The position numbers and the translations under genes were made by a program. From Vicinamibacteria bacterium (GTDB lineage: Bacteria; Acidobacteriota; Vicinamibacteria; Vicinamibacterales; JAENWD01): DNA of 64,000 bases. Under the pieces are notes generated by a model, which worked only from the letters and a program-made list of their open reading frames with translations, searched no databases and was not told the DNA's origin. Every line of letters starts with the position of its first letter. Position 1 is the first letter of the stretch. This document shows positions 1 through 8,465 of this stretch, piece by piece. Location of the stretch: assembly GCA_963806705.1 (NCBI GenBank), contig CAWDZE010000014.1:93054-157053 (forward strand). The letters are read 5' to 3'.

Positions 1-653
1 AAAGTCACCGGGACGCCGAGCTCCTGCTCGATCTCGGCGGCGTGGCGGTGCGCGAAGACGCCGTACGCCGACAGACTTTCGTCGACCTCGCAGAAGTGCG
101 TTCGCTCGCTGGGCGCCTTGCCGGCGCCGGACACCCCCGACTTGGCGTCGATGATGACGTCGCCGGCCACCAGGCCGGCCGTCACCAGCGGCGCCAGCGC
201 CAGCACCGCCGCGGTGGGGTAGCAGCCTGCGCATGCGATCAGCCGCGCGGTGGGCAGCGCCGCGCGTGAGCGCTCGGTCATCCCATAAGCCGTGCCCTCT
301 GGGAGCGACGTGACCGCGTGATACCAGCGGGCCCGGTCGCCATCGGCGCGCAGCCGAAAGGCGCCCGACAGGTCGAAGACGCGCCGGCCTCGCGCGACAA
401 GGTTCGGCGCGATGTCGGCCGACGCATCTTCGGGCAGGGCGAGGAACACGACCTCGTTGGCCGCCAGCCGTTCGAAATCGTAGGGCTCGACCTCGCCGTT
501 CCAGAGGCCCGACAGGGCAGGCAACGTTCTGCTGCCCGCAGCTTTCTGCGAGCCCATCGCGGTCTGCAGTGAGACGTGCGGGTGGCGGGCCAGCAGACGG
601 ACCAACTCCTGCCCCGAATACCCCGTCGCCCCGGCAATCCCGACCGTGTGCAC
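1..653 (-). CDS. argC: N-acetyl-gamma-glutamyl-phosphate reductase, N-terminal ~217 codons (3' end lies beyond the window start)
   Basis: Minus-strand translation: (GTG)HTVGIAGATGYSGQELVRLLARHPHV...LIACAGCYPTAAVLALAPLV...IIDAKSGVSGAGK. These are the ArgC NAD-binding and catalytic-Cys motifs. It is missing from the ORF track only because it is open at the window edge. AGGAG lies 9 nt upstream of GTG 651-653. Confidence 0.85.
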   Translation of the reverse strand, partial: MHTVGIAGATGYSGQELVRLLARHPHVSLQTAMGSQKAAGSRTLPALSGLWNGEVEPYDFERLAANEVVFLALPEDASADIAPNLVARGRRVFDLSGAFRLRADGDRARWYHAVTSLPEGTAYGMTERSRAALPTARLIACAGCYPTAAVLALAPLVTAGLVAGDVIIDAKSGVSGAGKAPSERTHFCEVDESLSAYGVFAHRHAAEIEQELGVPVT

Positions 654-697
654 CCTGCTTGACTCCTGCCCCGCCGATTTATCCAGCGGAGCGGATA

Positions 698-726
698 AGT
701 ATACGGAAGTGGGCATGCCAGATCAA
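698..726 (-). promoter_or_regulatory. candidate sigma70-type promoter for argC (TTGATC-17 nt-TATACT)
   Basis: Reverse complement of 721-726 is TTGATC and of 698-703 is TATACT, with a 17-nt spacer, about 45 nt upstream of the argC GTG. Confidence 0.3.
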
Positions 727-757
727 GCCACTTCTCCAAAATACCTAAGCTAGCCTA

Positions 758-786
758 TTGCGATCGCCCAGGAGCCACTGTATACT
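758..786 (+). promoter_or_regulatory. candidate sigma70-type promoter for argR (TTGCGA-17 nt-TATACT)
   Basis: TTGCGA 758-763, 17-nt spacer, TATACT 781-786, 22 nt before ATG 808. Both divergent -10 boxes contain the palindrome GTATAC (699-704, 780-785), which may be ArgR operators. Confidence 0.3.
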
Positions 787-807
787 CATGCGTCTGGCTG
801 CATAAAC

Positions 808-1257
808 ATGAAGGCGCGAAGGCAAGCTCTGATCCTCGAACTGCTCGGCAAGGAGCCAATTCGTAACCAGGAGCAATTGCGAAACGGGTTGAAAGCCCTG
901 GGCGTAGCGGCCACCCAGGCGACGCTGTCGCGCGACATCAAGGAACTGGGACTGATGAAGCGCGCCTCCGACGGGGCGTATCAGCGGCCATCGGCTCCAG
1001 CCCCACCCGGGGGCTCGGCGGTGACCGGGCTGAGCCGAGCCGTCACCGAGTTTGTGACGCGAGTGGACCGGGTTCAGAACCTGATCGTGCTGCGCACGGG
1101 ACCCGGTCAGGCGCATGCGGCCGCGATTGCGTTCGACCGCGCCCAGCTTGGGGAAGTCGTCGGCACGATTGCCGGCGACGACACGATTCTTGTCATAGCT
1201 CGTGATGGCACCGGCGCTCGTGATCTCGAGCTGCGGTTGAACGGACTGATTCGATAA
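808..1257 (+). CDS. argR: arginine repressor ArgR
   Basis: 149 aa. N-terminal winged helix RQALILELLGKEPIRNQEQLRNGLKALGVAATQATLSRDIKELGL plus C-terminal oligomerisation domain ...GTIAGDDTILVIARD. Sits in an arg cluster. Confidence 0.9.
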   Translation: MKARRQALILELLGKEPIRNQEQLRNGLKALGVAATQATLSRDIKELGLMKRASDGAYQRPSAPAPPGGSAVTGLSRAVTEFVTRVDRVQNLIVLRTGPGQAHAAAIAFDRAQLGEVVGTIAGDDTILVIARDGTGARDLELRLNGLIR

Positions 1258-2265
1258 ATGAGAAAGCGTCTTGTCGTCGCCTACGGAGGCAGCCTTGACG
1301 GCGCCGCCGCCGTCTCGTTGCTGGCACACGAAGCGGATGTGGCCACGCTCACACTCGATCTGGGCCAGGGGATGGACCTCGAGCAGGTGCGCGACCAGGC
1401 GCGGGCGGCCGGCGCGCGCCGCGCGCACGTCGTCGATGCCCGGCGCGAGCTGGCCGGGCAGATTCTGCGGCCGGCGTTGACTGCGGGCGCCTTCGAGGCG
1501 GGCCCCCGGGCCATCGCCGTCACGCGGCCCGTCATCGCCGCGCATCTGGTCGCGGTCGCGCGCATGGAAGACGCGACCGAGGTCGCCCACGGCGCCTCGG
1601 GCGCGGACCGCGCCAGGATCGAGCGGTTGATCGCGGACCTTGCGCCGGAGTTGACCATCCATGCCTTGGCGGACACCAGTCGCGAGGATGCCGCCCCTCG
1701 CATCGACCAGAACCTCTGGGGCCGCACGGTGACAATGGGCGGGCCGGCCGACCAGTGGGAGCAGGCGCCTTCAGACGTCTTCACCCGCACCAGCGAGCCG
1801 CACACCTGCGCAGCCCAGCCGGCGATCGTGGAGATCGCGGTCGAACGCGGGGTGCCGGTGGCGGTCAACGGCGTGCCGCTCGACATCGACGAGCTCGTCG
1901 AGGTGGTCGACACCATTGCCGGCGACCACGGCGTCGGACGGTTCGACCAGGCGTCTGGGTCCGCCCGGGCGCTGGTAGAGGCCCCTGCGGCCGCCGTCCT
2001 GTCGGCCGCGATCGCCGAGCTGGCCTCGGCCAGTTTCGACCGCGATATGCTGGCGCTTCGGGGGCAGATGGCGCAGGCTTACGCGAGGCTGATCGATGAG
2101 GGTCGTTGGCACACGCCAGCGCGCGCCGCGCTCGACGCGTTCACCGCGGCCTCGTCGGGCCAAATGTCTGGCGCCGTCCGCCTGCTGCTGTTGCGCGGCG
2201 CCTGCCGCGTCGTAGGCCGCCGCGTCGGCGCCGCGGCCACCGAGTTGATCGCCGCCGGCGCCTGA
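1258..2265 (+). CDS. argininosuccinate-synthase-like protein, short and with degenerate catalytic motifs
   Basis: 335 aa, collinear with ArgG (VVAYGGSLDGA.., AHGASGADRARIERL, NLWGRTV, GDHGVGRF). The N-type ATP-PPase loop AYSGGLDTS reads AYGGSLDGA, GKGNDQVRFE reads GADRARIERL, and about 65 residues are missing. Confidence 0.6.
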   Translation: MRKRLVVAYGGSLDGAAAVSLLAHEADVATLTLDLGQGMDLEQVRDQARAAGARRAHVVDARRELAGQILRPALTAGAFEAGPRAIAVTRPVIAAHLVAVARMEDATEVAHGASGADRARIERLIADLAPELTIHALADTSREDAAPRIDQNLWGRTVTMGGPADQWEQAPSDVFTRTSEPHTCAAQPAIVEIAVERGVPVAVNGVPLDIDELVEVVDTIAGDHGVGRFDQASGSARALVEAPAAAVLSAAIAELASASFDRDMLALRGQMAQAYARLIDEGRWHTPARAALDAFTAASSGQMSGAVRLLLLRGACRVVGRRVGAAATELIAAGA

Positions 2266-2280
2266 AGGCCGTTGTCACGC

Positions 2281-2304
2281 GGCCCGAGGCCTGAGGCCCG
2301 AGGC
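2281..2304. repeat. tandem heptamer array GGCCCGA/GGCCTGA/GGCCCGA/GGC
   Basis: Direct reading of the argG-like/argH spacer. Same unit (CCCGAGG phase) as the array at 45517-45544. Confidence 0.7.
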
Positions 2305-2325
2305 TGTCGCGAAAGTTCACGAATT

Positions 2326-3720
2326 ATGTCCACGCTCTGGTCCGGCCGCTTCGACAGCGAGCCGAACGCCGCGGTCTTCGACTTCGGCGCCTCGTTTCGT
2401 TTCGATCGCCGTTTGTTTGAAGACGACGTGCTCGGCAGCCTCGCATGGGCGCAGGCCCTGGCGACCGCCGGCGTGCTCTCCGGGGAAGAGGCGGCAGCCA
2501 CGACGGCCGCGCTCACCGAGATCCTCGCCAGAGGCCAGGCCGACCCGTCCTGGGTGGCCGGTCCGGACGAAGACGTGCACTCGTTTGTCGAACGGCAGCT
2601 GGTGGAGCGCATTGGCGACACGGGCCGCCGGCTGCACACCGGTCGATCGCGAAACGAACAGGTCTCGCTCGATCTGCGCCTGTTTCTTCGGCGCCGCTCG
2701 GCCTCGCTTCAGGCGTCGGTGCGCCGGTTGATTGCAGCCTTCGTGTCGCTTGCGGAGCGCTGCGGCGATGCCCGCATGCCGGCCTACACCCACTTGCGCC
2801 GCGCGCAGCCCGTGCTGATCGCGCACTTCCTGCTCGCGCACGCCGCGGCGATGCGTCGCGACCACTCGCGGTTTGCGGCGGCGGCGTCTGAGGCCGATGC
2901 GCTGCCGCTGGGCTCTGGCGCGGTGGCCGGCACCAACTACGAGATCGACACCGCGACGCTCGCTCGAACCCTGGGCTTTTCGCGCGTCGTCGCCAACAGC
3001 ATCGACGCGTCGGCAGACCGCGATTTCGTGTCGGCGTTCCTCCATGCGTGCGCGCTGGCGATGGTGCATCTGAGCCGCTTTGCCGAAGACATGGTGATCT
3101 TCAGCGGCGAGGAATACGGGTTCTTCGAGTTGTCGGACGCCTCGTCAACCGGCAGCAGCATGATGCCGCAGAAGAAGAACCCCGATCCGCTGGAACTGGT
3201 GCGCGGCAAGTCGGGCCGGGCCATCGGCCATCTCGCCGGGTGGCTCGCCACCATGAAGGGCCTGCCGAGCGGTTACAACAAGGACCTGCAGGAAGACAAG
3301 GAAGCCGTCTTCGACGCCGATCAGACCGTCACCGGATCGCTTGAAGCGGTGGCGATCGTCGTCGAGGGTCTGACGGTGCAGACCGAGCGGGCGGAGCGTG
3401 CCGCGGCCGGATTGCTGCTGGCGACCGACGTGGCCGACTATCTGGTTGGCAAGGGCCTGCCGTTTCGACGTGCGCACGAACTGGTGGCCGCGATGACCAG
3501 GCGGCTGCTGGCCCAAGGGCGCGACTTCGAATCGCTGCCGCTGGCGGAATGGCGTGGCTACTCGGAGTTGTTCGACGCCGATGTCATCGACCGGGTGACG
3601 ACCAGGGCGTCGGTGGCGGCCCGCCGGACGCCTCAATCCACGCATCCCGAGGCAGTTCAGGCCTCGCTCAGGGAAATCAAGGACTGGCTGGCGCAGGCCT
3701 CTGAAGCCCGGCGTCCGTAG
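2326..3720 (+). CDS. argH: argininosuccinate lyase
   Basis: MSTLWSGRFDSEP...GSSMMPQKKNPD (fumarate-lyase signature)...; 464 aa. Start moved to ATG 2326, in frame with the track ORF 2272..3720. Confidence 0.92.
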   Translation: MSTLWSGRFDSEPNAAVFDFGASFRFDRRLFEDDVLGSLAWAQALATAGVLSGEEAAATTAALTEILARGQADPSWVAGPDEDVHSFVERQLVERIGDTGRRLHTGRSRNEQVSLDLRLFLRRRSASLQASVRRLIAAFVSLAERCGDARMPAYTHLRRAQPVLIAHFLLAHAAAMRRDHSRFAAAASEADALPLGSGAVAGTNYEIDTATLARTLGFSRVVANSIDASADRDFVSAFLHACALAMVHLSRFAEDMVIFSGEEYGFFELSDASSTGSSMMPQKKNPDPLELVRGKSGRAIGHLAGWLATMKGLPSGYNKDLQEDKEAVFDADQTVTGSLEAVAIVVEGLTVQTERAERAAAGLLLATDVADYLVGKGLPFRRAHELVAAMTRRLLAQGRDFESLPLAEWRGYSELFDADVIDRVTTRASVAARRTPQSTHPEAVQASLREIKDWLAQASEARRP

Positions 3721-3808
3721 TCCGTAGCCGGCGGCCCCGGTTGTGCTAGACTCCTTTGGCCGCGGCAGACGCGGCCCTACCCATAAAACGAGCCTGTCAG
3801 GGGGCTTG

Positions 3809-4516
3809 ATGCAGCAGCGCCAGCCTCGACTCGGCGATGTCGTGGACGATTACTGTCCGCGCGAGCGCCGGGTCACGAACCACGCCGTCGTCGCCATGGT
3901 GGGCGACGAGGTCAAACAGACGCGATGCACGACGTGCGACGCCGAGCACGACTACAAGCACGCCAAAGTGCCGCCCCAGCGGAAGAAGAAAGAGGTACCG
4001 GGGGCGCTGTATCAGCAGGTGCTCGACGGGATTCCGCGAGTGGTCCCGCCGGACCAGGCGCCTGACGACGAGCCGGAGACGGAGTCGGAGACCGCCATCG
4101 TGCAGGCAGAAAACGAGGCCGATGGCGAAGGCGCCGTTGCGCCGTTGGCAGCCGACGCCGCGCCACCCAGCGAGCATGAGGGGCCTGTTCATCGCCGGCT
4201 GATCCGTGCGACGTTGCCAAGGCTGCCTGGCGCCGAGCCGCCCGTGCGGCGCGAGCCCGAATTCACCATGCGCACCCCGGCTCATGGCCGGTCGGGAAAG
4301 CCGAAAAACGGCTTCCGGGGCGGTGGCATGCAGCGCGCCGGTGGGCAGGGACAGGGTCAAGGGCAGGGACAGGGCAACGCCCACGGCAACCGGGGCAAGC
4401 GGCACGGCCGCCCGGGGGGCGATGGTGCCTGGAACCGCTCGGGACAGCCGGGCTCGGGAGGCCGCGGTCCCGGGGGACAGCGCCCGGGGCGCGGCGACAA
4501 GAAGCGCTCGCGGTAG
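3809..4516 (+). CDS. hypothetical protein: N-terminal Cys/His-containing region, acidic linker, Arg/Gly-rich tail with a (GQ)5 run
   Basis: ATG 3809 preceded by AGGGGG. DDYCPRE...TRCTTCDAEHDYKH; tail ...GGQGQGQGQGQGNAHGNRGKRHGRPGG. Confidence 0.5.
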   Translation: MQQRQPRLGDVVDDYCPRERRVTNHAVVAMVGDEVKQTRCTTCDAEHDYKHAKVPPQRKKKEVPGALYQQVLDGIPRVVPPDQAPDDEPETESETAIVQAENEADGEGAVAPLAADAAPPSEHEGPVHRRLIRATLPRLPGAEPPVRREPEFTMRTPAHGRSGKPKNGFRGGGMQRAGGQGQGQGQGQGNAHGNRGKRHGRPGGDGAWNRSGQPGSGGRGPGGQRPGRGDKKRSR

Positions 4517-4550
4517 CGCGATTTCCGCGCTCGGTCGCCCCGACATTCCT

Positions 4551-5576
4551 ATGCGACTGACGTCAAAGATTGGCGCGGCCATTACGTGTCTCGTGTGCCT
4601 GGTCCCGCCGCAGCCGCAGGTCAACGCGCAACAGGGGGCACCGTCGGGTCCGACGGTTCGGTACGAGCCCACCGCAGGAGTGCCGACGTTTGCGGTGCGC
4701 CCGCCGGTGCTGCGCGTCACCCCGGGCACCACGGTAGAATCGCGCACCTTCTCCAAGCCAGGTGACTACTACACGCCAGAGGGCGGCCCGTGGCCGGGTG
4801 AAGTGGGTCCCTTCTACATCGAAGGCGCCACGCCAGACGACACGCTGGTCGTGCGCGTCCTCAAAGTGCGGCCGAATCGCGACTCGGCGGTCTCGACCGT
4901 CGGTCCGTCACTGAGTGCCGTCGCCGGCGACTCACGGCTGAAGATCCTCAACGAGCCGATTCCGTCCAAGCGCTATCTCTGGCGGCTCGATCGCCAACGG
5001 ATGGTCGGGATCCTCGACATCCCCAATTCGGCGAGCCGTCAGATCGAGCTGCCGCTGGTGCCGATGCTGGGCCGCGTCGCGGTGGCGCCCGGCGGCGAAG
5101 AGGCCTTCGGGGGACTGTGGCCCGGCAACTTCGGCGGCAACATGGACGCGTCGGACGTGCGCGAGGGGACCACCGTCTACCTGCCCATCTTCCACGAGGG
5201 CGCCTACTTCTACTTCGGCGACGGCCACGCGCTCCAGGGCGACGGCGAGATCTGCGGCTCGGGCCTCGAGACGACGATGGATGTCGCGTTGCGCTTTGAA
5301 CTGATCAAGGGCCGCAAGATCGACTGGCCCCGATTCGAGGACGCGGAGCACCTCATGGTCGCCGGCAGCGGACGGCCGCTGGTGGACGCGTTCCGCATCG
5401 CGCAGGTCGAGCTGATCGAATGGCTGGTCGAGGATTACGGCTTCGACAAGCTCGACGCCTACCAGGTCGTCTCGCAAGCTGGCGTCACGCGCGTGGCCAA
5501 CGTCGTCGATCCGAGTTTCACCGTCGTCGCGAAATTTCCAAAACGGCACCTGCCGGCGAAGGCCGCCGGCCGGTAG
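4551..5576 (+). CDS. acetamidase/formamidase-family amidase, secreted
   Basis: Signal-like MRLTSKIGAAITCLVCLV. FmdA/AmdA-type motifs GNFGGNMD, YFYFGDGHALQGDGEICGSGLET, VVDPSFTVVAKFPK. Confidence 0.8.
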   Translation: MRLTSKIGAAITCLVCLVPPQPQVNAQQGAPSGPTVRYEPTAGVPTFAVRPPVLRVTPGTTVESRTFSKPGDYYTPEGGPWPGEVGPFYIEGATPDDTLVVRVLKVRPNRDSAVSTVGPSLSAVAGDSRLKILNEPIPSKRYLWRLDRQRMVGILDIPNSASRQIELPLVPMLGRVAVAPGGEEAFGGLWPGNFGGNMDASDVREGTTVYLPIFHEGAYFYFGDGHALQGDGEICGSGLETTMDVALRFELIKGRKIDWPRFEDAEHLMVAGSGRPLVDAFRIAQVELIEWLVEDYGFDKLDAYQVVSQAGVTRVANVVDPSFTVVAKFPKRHLPAKAAGR

Positions 5577-5628
5577 GGGTCGGGCCTTCGGACCGAGGCG
5601 GCCTCGCGGCTCGCGGTAGGATCAGGGG

Positions 5629-6402
5629 ATGAACGACTTTTCGGGAAAGCACGGACTGGTCGTCGGTGTCGCCAACAAGCGGTCAATCGCGTGGGCGATT
5701 GCGAAAGCCGTTGCGGCCCAGGGTGCGCGGCTGGCGGTGACCTATCAGGGCGAACGCCTGGAAGAGAACGTGCGCGAGTTGTCGGCCGACCTGGCGGACC
5801 CGCTGATCCTTCCACTCGACGTGACCAGCGACGAACAGATCACCGAAGTCGCCGCCAGGTGCGACGCGACCTTCGGCGGGCTCGATTTCGTCGTGCACGG
5901 CGCGGCCTTCGCGCCGCGCGAGGCGGTGACGCGGCCGTTTCTGGAGACCTCGCGCGAGGGCTTTCGCGTCGCGCTCGACGTCAGCGCGTACTCGCTGGTA
6001 GCGCTTGCACGGGCGACCGCGCCGCTCATGGAAAAAAAGGGCGGCGGCAGCCTGCTGACGCTGACCTATCTGGGCAGCACCCGGGTGTTCCCGAACTACA
6101 ACGTCATGGGTGTCGCCAAGGCCGCGCTCGAGTCGTCGGTCCGGTATCTCGCCGCGGAGCTGGGGCCAAAGGCGATTCGGGTGAATGCGATCTCGGCCGG
6201 CCCGATCAAGACGCTGGCCGCATCGGGAATCGGCGGCTTCTCGAGCATCCTGCAGGTGTACCGGGACAAGGCGCCGCTGCGGCGCAACACCGAGACCAGC
6301 GAGGTTGCCGACACGGCGGCGTTTCTGCTGGGGCCCGCGGGGCGGGGAGTCACCGGCGAGATCCTGCTCGTCGATGGGGGCTACAGCATCGTAGGACTGT
6401 AG
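5629..6402 (+). CDS. fabI: enoyl-[acyl-carrier-protein] reductase (NADH) FabI
   Basis: GKHGLVVGVANKRSIAWAIAK..., YNVMGVAKAALESSVRYLA, INAISAGPIKTLAA; 257 aa. Confidence 0.92.
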   Translation: MNDFSGKHGLVVGVANKRSIAWAIAKAVAAQGARLAVTYQGERLEENVRELSADLADPLILPLDVTSDEQITEVAARCDATFGGLDFVVHGAAFAPREAVTRPFLETSREGFRVALDVSAYSLVALARATAPLMEKKGGGSLLTLTYLGSTRVFPNYNVMGVAKAALESSVRYLAAELGPKAIRVNAISAGPIKTLAASGIGGFSSILQVYRDKAPLRRNTETSEVADTAAFLLGPAGRGVTGEILLVDGGYSIVGL

Positions 6403-6403
6403 G

Positions 6404-7684
6404 TCACCCCAGGCGCCCCAGCGGCCCGATCGCGCCTCGACTCCACAGGAACATCAGCAGCCCGTTGAGACCAACCAGCAGCACGCCGGCGGCTTGAATT
6501 GTCACGCGTAGCCGCGGACGGTGCGCCGTCGCTGTGAGAACCGCCGCCAGGCCCACCGCGAAGAACACCGTGCAGTTCACCAGCATTCGGTTACCGAACG
6601 TGTGCCCCTGCGAGACAAAATACCAGCTGCTGACGATGTAGACCTGCACGCCGACGCCGACGAGCCCGATACGAGCGTGCGGCCAGCCGCGGCGGGCGCC
6701 GATGACGAGGCCCGCAATCGCCAGCGCCACGATCGGCGCCCACCGTACCAGCCCTACGTCGGCCGCGATCAGCGTGTAGAGCAGCCACGGCGAGCGCCAG
6801 TAGGGGAACCCCTCGGCGAAGTACCCCGTCGTAAGTGGGTTGCCGAACAGGTGACAGTTCAACGCCAGCTGCGGCAGCACGCCGGCCAGCGCACCGGCGC
6901 CAAGCGCCACCCCGCGCGACATCATCGCGGGCGGTGTGCGGAACCGCGTCGTGATCAGGTCGAGCGCGGGAATCACAAGCAGCGCGGCATCCTGGTAGCG
7001 GACCGCGGCTGCCACGCCCGCGACGAGTCCCGTCACGAACCACTGCGCGAGGCTGTCGACGGCGCGCGTCCGCAGCCAGCGCCAGACGAGCAGGGCCGCG
7101 CAGCTCGCCGACAGCGCGTGCGAGAACAATGGCTCCAGCGTCGCGTAGAACAGCCACGGCGTGGCGCCGGCCACCAGCAGCGTCGCCCACCACCCGTCCT
7201 CGGAGGTGACGTCGGCCGTTGTCGTCACCCGCTGACAGCACCACAAGCCGAGCACGGCGTAGGCCGCAATCAGCAGACCGGACGCATATTGATATGTCCA
7301 ACCGTAGCCGCTGACGTCGGCAGGCACGCCTGCAGCCGCGAGAGTGAGCGACCCCGCATACACCGCGAGGTAGGCGGGCAGGGTCAGCAGCGCCAGTCCG
7401 ATTGGGTACTTGTTGATCACCTCGCCGGTGGCCGGGTTGCGCGGGGAGCGGTTGCCGATCTTCGGCCGGCCGGTCAGCGGCGACCGGGCCTGCTCGCTGA
7501 AGTACCGGATCTCGTTGACAGGATCGAAGTCGCGGTCGACGACGATCGAATGGAGGTGGGCAAAATGATAGATGCCGTCGCCCGATGCCAGGCTTGCCGT
7601 GGCGGCCACGCGCGCCGTCTGCCCCGCTGCCAGCACCAGCCAAACGGCCCCGAGCAGGTGTCCAGCGGCAGGACGCCAGGTCAT
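6404..7684 (-). CDS. polytopic membrane protein, putative ArnT/PMT-like glycosyltransferase
   Basis: About 426 aa with many TM segments and an early loop HLHSIVVDRDFD...KYPIGLALLTLPAY. Start at ATG 7684 gives an ATGA overlap with the upstream gene stop. Confidence 0.5.
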   Translation of the reverse strand: MTWRPAAGHLLGAVWLVLAAGQTARVAATASLASGDGIYHFAHLHSIVVDRDFDPVNEIRYFSEQARSPLTGRPKIGNRSPRNPATGEVINKYPIGLALLTLPAYLAVYAGSLTLAAAGVPADVSGYGWTYQYASGLLIAAYAVLGLWCCQRVTTTADVTSEDGWWATLLVAGATPWLFYATLEPLFSHALSASCAALLVWRWLRTRAVDSLAQWFVTGLVAGVAAAVRYQDAALLVIPALDLITTRFRTPPAMMSRGVALGAGALAGVLPQLALNCHLFGNPLTTGYFAEGFPYWRSPWLLYTLIAADVGLVRWAPIVALAIAGLVIGARRGWPHARIGLVGVGVQVYIVSSWYFVSQGHTFGNRMLVNCTVFFAVGLAAVLTATAHRPRLRVTIQAAGVLLVGLNGLLMFLWSRGAIGPLGRLG

Positions 7685-8403
7685 AGCGTGGCCGCACGGG
7701 ACGCGCCCCACTCCTCGATGCGAATCCGGTCGGCAGGCACGCCGATTTCGCCGAGCATCCGCGGTACTTCGTGGACGAGCGCTGCCGGGCCACACACGAA
7801 GCAGAGCGTCTCGTCGGGTCTCGCCGCCACGGCTTCCAGCTGCGCGCGGCTGATCCGCCCGCGGCTCCCCTGCCACATCCCGCGGGTTTCCCGGGTCGCG
7901 GTCTTCTCGTAGCGAATCCGCCCCTCACCCGCAAGCGTCGTCAACTCGTCGTCGAAGGCGAACTCTTCGGCGGTACGCGCGCTGTAGAGCACGCTCACCT
8001 CCGGCGCTTCCGGCGCGCCGAGCGCCTCGTGCAGCATCGCGCGCAGGGGTGCGATGCCCGAGCCGCCCGCGACAAACAGCACTGCGGGCTCGGTCAGCCT
8101 GTCTGGATAGAGAAATGTGCCGACCGGCCCGTCGAGCTCGACCGAGGTTCCCACGGAGAGCGACGGCAGGTGCGGCCCTGGCGATCCGTCGTCACCGAGG
8201 CCCATCAGGAGTTCGAGGTTGCCTGAACGCGCGGCTTCGTGCGGCCCAACCGCGATGGAGTACGGCCGCTTGAGGCCGGTGCCGGTCGCGCCGATGAGCA
8301 CGGCCTGGCCGGCACTGAAAGCGAATGCGCGTGACAGCGCAATCTGCAGCAGGACGCTGCGTGGCGTGGCGCGCGAAACGCGGTCTATGACGGCAGGCAG
8401 CAT
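7681..8403 (-). CDS. ferredoxin-NADP reductase-like FAD/NAD(P)-binding oxidoreductase
   Basis: RPYSIA (FAD RxYS motif) and VLFVAGGSGIAPLRAML (NAD-binding GGxGxxP); 240 aa. Confidence 0.75.
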   Translation of the reverse strand: MLPAVIDRVSRATPRSVLLQIALSRAFAFSAGQAVLIGATGTGLKRPYSIAVGPHEAARSGNLELLMGLGDDGSPGPHLPSLSVGTSVELDGPVGTFLYPDRLTEPAVLFVAGGSGIAPLRAMLHEALGAPEAPEVSVLYSARTAEEFAFDDELTTLAGEGRIRYEKTATRETRGMWQGSRGRISRAQLEAVAARPDETLCFVCGPAALVHEVPRMLGEIGVPADRIRIEEWGASRAATL

Positions 8404-8465
8404 GTGAGAGCAGGCCGCCCACGTGGCCGCGCCAGGTGCCGGCCCTGGGCTGGAGCCTTGGCGCC

